Under the pieces are notes generated by a model, which saw only the letters and a list, made by a program, of their open reading frames with translations, had not been told where the DNA came from and did no database searches. A DNA stretch of 64,000 nt, from the NCBI GenBank assembly GCA_965223845.1, contig CBDCXR010000004.1, forward strand, positions 2,592,001-2,656,000, read 5' to 3'. The position numbers and the translations under genes were made by a program. Source of the DNA: Planctomycetota bacterium (lineage in GTDB: Bacteria > Planctomycetota > UBA8108 > SXIK01). Of the stretch, positions 45,753-53,551 are shown in pieces. Each line of letters begins with the position of its first letter. Within the stretch, counting starts at the first letter, position 1.

Positions 45753-48700
45753 ATGAGGACGCTAGCAGTCTGTAATCGTTTCCTCCGCCGGGCGGTGAGT
45801 TTGATGATCGTGCTCACGGTCACACCGGTTTCGGCGGACCTGGTGTCGCATTGGTCCTTCGACGCGACACTCGAAGACTCGGGCCCCGCCGGTAACGACG
45901 GTGAGTTTCAGGGCGGCGGCGGCGACCCCGTCTGGACCGAAGGGTTCGACGGCGAGGATGAAGGCGCGCTCCTCCTCGACGGCACGGGCTTCGTGCTCGT
46001 CGCGAACAACGACGGCCTCCCGCTCACGGACAACCCGTCCTACAGCGTGGCGATGTGGGTGAACGGCGGACCGCAGCCCGACTACCGCGTGTTCTCGGAG
46101 AGCTCCGACACCGACAACAGCCCCCTCTTCAACATCGGGACCGACAATACGGGCGCCACGGGTGAACTCGACATCTTCATCCGGCGAAACGGCGGCCAGG
46201 GCACCGCGGTCGGTCACTTCCACTCGCAAGACATTGCGTTCGTCGATGGCGAGTGGCACCACATCGCCGTCGTCGACGACAACGAGACGATTACCGTCTA
46301 CATCGACGGCGTCCCCGATCCGAATCAGATCACCTACACGCGAGAGCCGATGGACACGAATCTCACGACCATTGGCGGAATTCTCCGCGGGGGCGGTCCA
46401 TCGCACATGTTCATTGGTGCGATCGACGACGTACACGTCTACGACCACGCGCTCACTCCGGAAGAGATCGGCGCGCTTCTCGGTGCCGAAGAGTGTCCCG
46501 CTGAGGGCGACACGCACTGCTCGAACCTCGTGGTCGACGGGCCGGACGGCGAGCCGGGCATCTACGTTGCAACCGCGACCGGATCCGACGACACCGGCGA
46601 CGACGTGCGCTACGTGTTCCGCGCCGACAACGGCGCCGGCACGGAGCTTACCCCGGTTGAGCAGACCGGCAACGAGGCGCAGTTCGATCTTCCGCAGGGC
46701 ACGTGGACGATTTCGGTCACCGCCGACGATGATCCGCTCTGCGGAGACCTCGCGGACGATGCGACTTGCACGTCCGACCCGATCGTGATCGCGTGTCCCG
46801 CTGTCGGCGACACGCACTGCGACGACATCCAGATCACCGGACCCGTCGACGGCGGGCCGGGGCTCTACTCGGTCTCGATTCTCGGTGCGTCGGATGATTC
46901 CGACGACGAGATCCTATACCTCTTCACGGCGACGGAAGCTGGCGGGGCGAACCTGAGCATCGGCCCGATTCCCGACAGCTTCGCCGACTTCAATCTCACG
47001 CAGGGCGAGTGGACGATCTCCGTCACGGTCGACGACGATCCGAATTGCGACGACGTCGCAGGCGACGCGACGTGCACGGACATGATCGAGGTCGCGTGTC
47101 CCGAGGAAGGTGACACACACTGCGACGACTTCGTGGTCGAACGCACCGAAGACGACCTACCCGGAACACTCTTGGTCAGCGCGCTCGGCGCCACGGATGA
47201 TGGGGATGACTTCATCACGTATATCTTCCGCGCCGAAAGTGCGGCGGGGAAGGTCGTCGAGTTCGCGCAGGACACCGACACAGCGTTCCTCACCCTCGGT
47301 CCGGGAACGTGGCAGATCTCGGTGACGGTCGACGACGATCCCCTCTGCGACGACGTCGCCGACGATGCGACGTGCTCCGAGGAGGTGACGATCGTCGAGC
47401 CGGAACAGGGGATGATCTCCCACTGGAAGTTCGACGGCGACGTCACCGACGAGCTCGGGAACAACGACGGCATCTTCGAGGGTGACGTCGAGCCGAACTT
47501 CGTGGACGGCTTTGACGGGACCGCCGAGGGCGCGATTCTCTTCGACGGAATCGACGACATGGTCGTCGTTCCGCACGAGAGGAATCTTCCCCTCTACGCG
47601 AACGACGCGTACACGGTCGCGATGTGGGTGAAGGGTGGCCCCCAGCCCGACTACCGCGTGTGGTCAGAGGCGTCGACGCTCGAGCGGACGACGATCTTCA
47701 ACATCGGGACGCAATCCGCCGGCCAGACGGGGCAGGTCGATCTCTTCATCCGTCAGCGCAACGGTCAGACGCCGCACGGCCACACCTGGTCGGCCCGCGA
47801 TGCCTTCGACGACGAGTGGCACCATATCGCCTGGGTGGACGACGACGGCGAGGCCGTTCTCTACATCGACGGCGTCCGGGACGGGCAGAACTACGCGTAC
47901 ACGCGACCGCACCTCGGCATGAACACGACGACGATCGGCGGCATCCTCCGCGACACGCCGTCTCACTGGTTCATCGGCGCGATCGACGATGTCCGCATCT
48001 TCAACTACGCCCTCAGCCAGGAGGAGATCGAGGCGATCGTTCCCGAGCCGGATGATTGTCCTGGAGATGCCGACACGCACTGCGACGATCTCCAGGTGAG
48101 CGGCCCCGCGGGCAACTTTGAAGGTCCGTACACCGTGAGCGTCCTCGGCGCGACGGACGATACAGGCGACGACATCCTCTACACGTTCGCGGCCGTCCGC
48201 GAAGATGGCACGACCGTCTCCGCGGGTCCGGATCTCGCGAACTCCGCCGTCCTCAATCTCGGAGCCGGAACCTGGACGATCTCCGCGACCGTCGACGACG
48301 ACATCCTCTGCCGGGATGTCGCCGACGACGCGACGTGCAGTCAGGAGGTCACCGTCATTCAGGAGCCACAGATCCTCCTCTCTCACTGGACCTTTGACAG
48401 CACCCTCGAGGACCAGGAGCCGGCCGGAAACGACGGCGTCTTCGTCGGCGAGCCAGAGGCGCCGTTCGTCGAAGACCGCGACGGCAACGAGGGCGCTGCG
48501 CTCACGTTCGACGGCGTCGACGACTTCGTCAACGTCGCTCAGAACGAGGGTCTTCCCCTCTATCCGAGGGCTCGGTGGTCGGTCGCGATGTGGGTGCGCG
48601 GCGGTCCCCAGAACGACAAGCGGGTCTGGTCGGAGGGCTCGACGACGAACAACAACCCGCTCTTCAACATCGGGACGGAGCGGAGCGGCCAGACCGGTCA

Positions 48701-49313
48701 GGTCGATCTCTTCGTGCGAAACGCCGGTGGCGGCGTGATTCTCGGGCACGTTCTCTCGGAAGGAATCGCGTTCGACAACACCTGGCATCACATCGCCTGG
48801 ACCGACAACAACGGCGACGCCGTTCTCTACATCGACGGCGAGCCCGATCCGACGGACTTCAGCTACACGCGGCCCGACATGGATTTCGACACGACGACGA
48901 TCGGCGGGATCCTCCGCGGTGGGCCGTGCTGTCTCTTTAACGGCCAAATCGACGACGTCCAGATCTACAACTACGATCTGTCGGCCGCAGAGGTGAGGGC
49001 GATCGTCGAGGGCATGCCGCCGGAGCAGCAGTTCAAGCGAGGTGACGCCAACAACGACGGCGGCGTCAACATCGCCGACATGATCTATATGCTGAATCGC
49101 CTGTTCGGCGATGGAGCGGCGCCGACGTGCCTCGAGGCCGCGGAGCTGAACGGCGACAACGCGTTCAACATCGCCGACGCGATCTTCGGTCTCAATCGCC
49201 TCTTCGGCGACGGCCCCCCACCGATCGACGGCGCGGGAGCGGAAGGCATCGACTGCGGAGCGGATCCGAATCCGGATCAGTCGCTCGGCTGCCTCGAGTA
49301 CACACAGTGTTGA
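45753..49313 (+). CDS. Secreted acidic protein: 3 LamG domains, 4 Cys/Asp-rich repeats, dockerin-like C-terminus
   Basis: Signal peptide; three VAMWV.GGPQ.D.RV.SE domains; CP..(G/A)DTHC repeats; FKRGDANNDGGVNIAD. Confidence 0.88.
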   Translation: MRTLAVCNRFLRRAVSLMIVLTVTPVSADLVSHWSFDATLEDSGPAGNDGEFQGGGGDPVWTEGFDGEDEGALLLDGTGFVLVANNDGLPLTDNPSYSVAMWVNGGPQPDYRVFSESSDTDNSPLFNIGTDNTGATGELDIFIRRNGGQGTAVGHFHSQDIAFVDGEWHHIAVVDDNETITVYIDGVPDPNQITYTREPMDTNLTTIGGILRGGGPSHMFIGAIDDVHVYDHALTPEEIGALLGAEECPAEGDTHCSNLVVDGPDGEPGIYVATATGSDDTGDDVRYVFRADNGAGTELTPVEQTGNEAQFDLPQGTWTISVTADDDPLCGDLADDATCTSDPIVIACPAVGDTHCDDIQITGPVDGGPGLYSVSILGASDDSDDEILYLFTATEAGGANLSIGPIPDSFADFNLTQGEWTISVTVDDDPNCDDVAGDATCTDMIEVACPEEGDTHCDDFVVERTEDDLPGTLLVSALGATDDGDDFITYIFRAESAAGKVVEFAQDTDTAFLTLGPGTWQISVTVDDDPLCDDVADDATCSEEVTIVEPEQGMISHWKFDGDVTDELGNNDGIFEGDVEPNFVDGFDGTAEGAILFDGIDDMVVVPHERNLPLYANDAYTVAMWVKGGPQPDYRVWSEASTLERTTIFNIGTQSAGQTGQVDLFIRQRNGQTPHGHTWSARDAFDDEWHHIAWVDDDGEAVLYIDGVRDGQNYAYTRPHLGMNTTTIGGILRDTPSHWFIGAIDDVRIFNYALSQEEIEAIVPEPDDCPGDADTHCDDLQVSGPAGNFEGPYTVSVLGATDDTGDDILYTFAAVREDGTTVSAGPDLANSAVLNLGAGTWTISATVDDDILCRDVADDATCSQEVTVIQEPQILLSHWTFDSTLEDQEPAGNDGVFVGEPEAPFVEDRDGNEGAALTFDGVDDFVNVAQNEGLPLYPRARWSVAMWVRGGPQNDKRVWSEGSTTNNNPLFNIGTERSGQTGQVDLFVRNAGGGVILGHVLSEGIAFDNTWHHIAWTDNNGDAVLYIDGEPDPTDFSYTRPDMDFDTTTIGGILRGGPCCLFNGQIDDVQIYNYDLSAAEVRAIVEGMPPEQQFKRGDANNDGGVNIADMIYMLNRLFGDGAAPTCLEAAELNGDNAFNIADAIFGLNRLFGDGPPPIDGAGAEGIDCGADPNPDQSLGCLEYTQC
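46494..48360 (+). repeat. Intragenic ~300-nt (100-aa) Cys/Asp-rich repeat: 3 tandem copies plus 1 separated copy
   Basis: Units start at 46494, 46794, 47097 and 48057 (CPAEGDTHC, CPAVGDTHC, CPEEGDTHC, CPGDADTHC); each ends ...DDD..C.D.A.DATC. Confidence 0.85.
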
Positions 49314-49551
49314 GCCGCGGCGGCGGATCTGCCGCCCTCGGCTGAAGGAACGGTCGGTCTCGGGCCTCCCGGCCCGAGATCCAGTTGAAAACGAGGGACC
49401 CGCTCTCGGCGGGCAGCTCCCAAGGTTGCGAATGAAATTGCGCGCGAGCTCGGTGTTCGCGGGCATTGTTTCGCGACTTTGGGGCAGAGAATAGTAGGAG
49501 GTTCCGGGCCGAATGGGTCGATCCCGGAATCCCAGGACAAGGAGGGTACCC

Positions 49552-51549
49552 ATGAGGGTGAAATCACTGTCTTTGATCGCCGCTCTGGTGTTCGCCGCGG
49601 GTGTGGCGAGAGCGGATCTCGTGAGCTACTTCAGCATGGACGGGAATCTCCTCGACAGCACGTCCGGGAACGACGGGACCTACAACGGTGGCGCGGAGAC
49701 CTACGTCCCTGGCTTCGACGGCACCGCCGGTGGTGCGGTCAGCTTCGACGGCGCGAGCTACGTCGAGCTCGCTGCGACCGTCGGACTTCCGCTCACCGAC
49801 AACGCGGCCTTCTCGGTCGCGATGTGGGTGAAGGGTCCCGCCCAACCCGATCGGCGCGTCTTCTCCGAAGGCAGCGACACGAGCAACACACCTCTCTACA
49901 ACATCGGAACCGACAACACCGGTGAGACCGGCGCGCTCGATATCTTCATTCGCCGGGACCCGAATAACGGTACCGCGATCGGACACCTCAAGCGCGGCAA
50001 CGCGTTCGACGACGACTGGCACCACATCGCTGTGGTCGACGACAACGGCGCGATGACGCTCTACATCGACGGCGTCCAGCACGGGGGCGTGGTCAACTAC
50101 ACGCGCGAGCCTCTCACGACCAACATCACGACGATCGGCGGAATCCTTCGCGCCGCTCCATGCTGTCTCTACACCGGTGCGATCGACGAGGTGTACCTCT
50201 ACGATCATGCACTTTCGGCGGAAGAGGTCCTCGCGCTCGCCGTGGCTCCCGACACCTGTGCGGCGGAGGGGGACACGACGTGTGACGAGGTCACGGTCAC
50301 TCCGCCCGAAGGTGGCGGCGCCGGACAGTACACGATCGGTGCAGCGGCAACCGATGGCGACGGCGACACCGTCCTCTACACGTACATCGTGACTGGACCT
50401 GGTGGCGAAGAAATCGCCTACGTCGGCCCCACGACCGACGCCTCGATTCAAGTGTCCCTTGCGGATGAGGGAACCTACGATGTCGCGGTGATTACCGATG
50501 ACATCCTGATCTGTCGGGACGCTGCCGGGGTGTGCAACACGACGATCGACGTCGTCCTCGATCCCCCGCGGATGGTCTCCCACTGGACCTTCGACCGCAC
50601 GCTCGAAGACGCGACCGAAGCCGATAACGATGGCACCTACCTCGGCGCCGGCTCTGCGCCTTACGCTCCGGGTTGGAACTGCGCCGATGGCCAGTCGGTC
50701 CGCTTCAATGGCTCTGACGGAATGGTCCGTGCGGCGACGAATGATTCGCTCCCGATCTACAACAACCCGAATTACTCGGTCGCGATGTGGGTCAAGGGCC
50801 CGACGAACCAGCGGGACATGCGCGTTTTCTCCGAGAGCAACACGCAGGGAAACAACAACCCGCTCCTCAATATCGGGACCGACTCCGCTCCCACCCCGAC
50901 GGGCGTCGTCGACATCTTCATTCGGAACGACAGCGGCGCCCAGTCGGTCGCGCACGTGAAGTCGACGGGCGTCGCGTTCGACGACACCTGGCATCACATC
51001 GCGTGGGTCGACGAGAACGGAAACGCACGTCTGTACATTGACGGTGTCCAGGATGCGACCGATTTCACCTACACGCGCGGGGCGCTCACGATCGACTCGA
51101 CGACGATCGGCGGAATCCTCCGCGGTGGACCGTCGCACTGGTTCACCGGGCGGATCGACGACGTTCGCGTCTACAACTACGGGCTCTCGACGGAGGAAGT
51201 CGAAGCGCTGGCGGCGACTCCTCCGGACTGTCCCGAGGTCAGCCAGATCGCGGGCGACTGCAATGGCGACGGCGATGTCAACGTCGCGGATGCCCTCTGC
51301 TACGTGAAGGTCCTCTTCCCCGGCTTCCTGATCCTCTCCTCGTCGCAGGCGGCGCCCTGCGACGGTGACGCGGGATCCGCCGGGAACGTCGCCGTTCTCG
51401 ACGTCGATGGCAACGGCGGAGTCGGCATTCCCGACGTTATCGCGCTGGTTCGCTACCTCTTCGACGGCGGCGCTCCGCCGGCCCAGGGCACGGGTTGCTT
51501 CCCGGTGCTGGAGTCGGCGGGATGCCAGAGCTCGGCTTCCTGCATGTAG
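49552..51549 (+). CDS. Secreted protein: 2 LamG domains, 1 Cys/Asp-rich repeat, dockerin-like C-terminus
   Basis: AAGGAGGG RBS, signal peptide, two LamG copies, CAAEGDTTC unit, GDCNGDGDVNVAD...DVDGNGGVGIPD. Confidence 0.88.
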   Translation: MRVKSLSLIAALVFAAGVARADLVSYFSMDGNLLDSTSGNDGTYNGGAETYVPGFDGTAGGAVSFDGASYVELAATVGLPLTDNAAFSVAMWVKGPAQPDRRVFSEGSDTSNTPLYNIGTDNTGETGALDIFIRRDPNNGTAIGHLKRGNAFDDDWHHIAVVDDNGAMTLYIDGVQHGGVVNYTREPLTTNITTIGGILRAAPCCLYTGAIDEVYLYDHALSAEEVLALAVAPDTCAAEGDTTCDEVTVTPPEGGGAGQYTIGAAATDGDGDTVLYTYIVTGPGGEEIAYVGPTTDASIQVSLADEGTYDVAVITDDILICRDAAGVCNTTIDVVLDPPRMVSHWTFDRTLEDATEADNDGTYLGAGSAPYAPGWNCADGQSVRFNGSDGMVRAATNDSLPIYNNPNYSVAMWVKGPTNQRDMRVFSESNTQGNNNPLLNIGTDSAPTPTGVVDIFIRNDSGAQSVAHVKSTGVAFDDTWHHIAWVDENGNARLYIDGVQDATDFTYTRGALTIDSTTIGGILRGGPSHWFTGRIDDVRVYNYGLSTEEVEALAATPPDCPEVSQIAGDCNGDGDVNVADALCYVKVLFPGFLILSSSQAAPCDGDAGSAGNVAVLDVDGNGGVGIPDVIALVRYLFDGGAPPAQGTGCFPVLESAGCQSSASCM

Positions 51550-51580
51550 AGAGCCGATCGCACGGATCAGCTCCGGCTTG

Positions 51581-51618
51581 AAGGAGGGGTGGACCCGCCC
51601 GGGTCCACCCCTCCTTTT
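51581..51618. terminator. Intrinsic terminator between convergent operons, probably bidirectional
   Basis: Perfect 16-bp stem AAGGAGGGGTGGACCC-gccc-GGGTCCACCCCTCCTT followed by TTATTT. Confidence 0.9.
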
Positions 51619-51667
51619 ATTTCGCGCGGACCGAAATGGCGGGCGAACCCGGCGCCTCAGACGGCCA

Positions 51668-53551
51668 TCATCGCTCCGACTGTCTCAGCTCGTGGAGTTT
51701 CCCGAGCTCGAGCGCACCGAAGCCTTGAGGCTCCTTCTCTCCCGGCCAGATCACGCGAACCTCGTCCACCGCGGTCGCACTTCCGAGACCGAAGGTGAGC
51801 GTCAGCTCGACTTGAGCGAGATAACTCCGAGTCGGCATGACGACGAGTCTCTGCGTCACTCCGCCGGCATCGACTTCGACCCGCGCGCCGATCGCGTCGC
51901 GATTCGGCGCGCGTCCGAGGAGCCGAATTCGAAGCCATGCGTTGTCGTCGCTTCGATCATTTCGGAGAAGAAGCGGACGCCCTCGCGTCTGTGTGATCAC
52001 GAGGTCGAGATCGCCATCCGCGTCGAAATCGCCGTACGCGGCGGCTCGACCGACGACGGGCACTCCGAGATCGCCCGCCGACGCAAGATCGACGGGAACG
52101 AATGCGCTCGGGAACTCCGGCCCGCAATTCCAGAAGAGCTGCGACGGCTGCCGGTACTGCTGACTCGGTTGCACCTTGTTGATCTCGTCCTCGAGGTGGC
52201 CGTTCGTTTGAAAGAGGTCCTGGCGCCCGTCCAGGTCGTAGTCGAAAAAGAAGAGCCCGAAGCTCAGCATCTTCCGGCTCACCGGACCAATTCCCTCCGC
52301 GATGGCTTCGTCGCTGAACAGCAGCTCCCCCCCCTCGGAGACGTAGAGGGAGCTCATCTCCGTCGCGAAGTTGCCGACGCCGATTCCGATCGTGTGGTCG
52401 CCTCGATAGTAGGCTGCGTCGATGCCCATCGCCCCCGTGGCCGCTCCGGCGGCGTCGTACGCCACTCCGACGACCCCTCCGATCTCCTCGAAGGATCCGT
52501 CGCCGCGATTGTGAAAGAGGAAGTTCCTCACCGTGTCGTTCGCGACCATCACGTCGACAGCGCCGTCGCCGTCGAAATCGAAGGGAAGAATCGCGAGAGC
52601 TTTGGCCACCGGGGCTCCGGTCGCGGAGTTTTTTTGATGAAAGCCCGACTCGGCCGCTGCCTCCTCGAATGTTCCGTCGCCTCGGTTTCGGTAGTAGTAC
52701 GGCTGAGTTCCCGCGAAATGCGTCGGCGGACCGTAGGCGCGACCGATCCCGGTGAGCTGAAAACCGATTTCCGCGTCGAGCTCCGGCGACCATTCGACGT
52801 AATTGCACACAAAGAGATCGAGATCACCGTCGCCGTCGCCGTCGAAGAATCCCGCGCTCGTGCTCCACGTGCCGGAGTCGCCCGCTACGCCCGCCGTTGC
52901 GGTCGCGTTTTCAAATCGCCCGCCTTCATTGCGAAAGAGAACGTTGGCGAACACCGAGGTCACAAAAACATCCGGGTCGCCGTCGGCGTCGTAGTCCCCT
53001 ACCGCGGCGCCCATGCCGTAGAGGGAGTACGAGAGACCGGATTCGCGCGTCACGTCGGTGAATTGTCCCTTTCCGTCGCCGCGGTAGAGTCGGAGGGAAG
53101 ACCGAGCGCCGGAGCCGGGATCCGCGGGCACGAGCCCGTCGGATTCCGACCAACGCCGCGCGTTTACGAAGAGGATGTCGAGCGCGCGGTCACCATCAAA
53201 ATCAAATACCGCGCAGCCGGGTCCCATCGTCTCGGGAAGGAGTTTCTCCCCCGTCGCGCCGTTTTCGTGAACGAAGTCGATCCCGGCGCTCGCGGTCACA
53301 TCGGTGAATCGGACGGTCGGCGGTTCGGACGCGCGGACCTGGCCTCGAGGAAGCACGGTCACCGAAGGGTCGATCGGCTCGGGTTCGGGTTCGTAGAGGA
53401 CGATCCCGACAACGACCGCGGCGATCGCGGCGAGAATCAATACGGCGATGAAGCTCACCTTGAGGGCGCGTGCGATCGCCTCGTCATCCCGGCGCGGGGG
53501 GCTCTCACCCGGCGCCGACGCGTCGGGGATCGAAGAGTCGTTCTCGGTCAG
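51668..53551 (-). CDS. CRTAC1/ASPIC-UnbV family FG-GAP repeat protein
   Basis: FTDVTASAGIDFVH, LPETMGPG, repeated DxDGDGDxD motifs, NRDAIGARV, SYLAQ..LTFGLG. Start placed at CTG 53551, overlapping the upstream stop (alternative GTG 53458). Confidence 0.88.
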   Translation of the reverse strand: MTENDSSIPDASAPGESPPRRDDEAIARALKVSFIAVLILAAIAAVVVGIVLYEPEPEPIDPSVTVLPRGQVRASEPPTVRFTDVTASAGIDFVHENGATGEKLLPETMGPGCAVFDFDGDRALDILFVNARRWSESDGLVPADPGSGARSSLRLYRGDGKGQFTDVTRESGLSYSLYGMGAAVGDYDADGDPDVFVTSVFANVLFRNEGGRFENATATAGVAGDSGTWSTSAGFFDGDGDGDLDLFVCNYVEWSPELDAEIGFQLTGIGRAYGPPTHFAGTQPYYYRNRGDGTFEEAAAESGFHQKNSATGAPVAKALAILPFDFDGDGAVDVMVANDTVRNFLFHNRGDGSFEEIGGVVGVAYDAAGAATGAMGIDAAYYRGDHTIGIGVGNFATEMSSLYVSEGGELLFSDEAIAEGIGPVSRKMLSFGLFFFDYDLDGRQDLFQTNGHLEDEINKVQPSQQYRQPSQLFWNCGPEFPSAFVPVDLASAGDLGVPVVGRAAAYGDFDADGDLDLVITQTRGRPLLLRNDRSDDNAWLRIRLLGRAPNRDAIGARVEVDAGGVTQRLVVMPTRSYLAQVELTLTFGLGSATAVDEVRVIWPGEKEPQGFGALELGKLHELRQSER

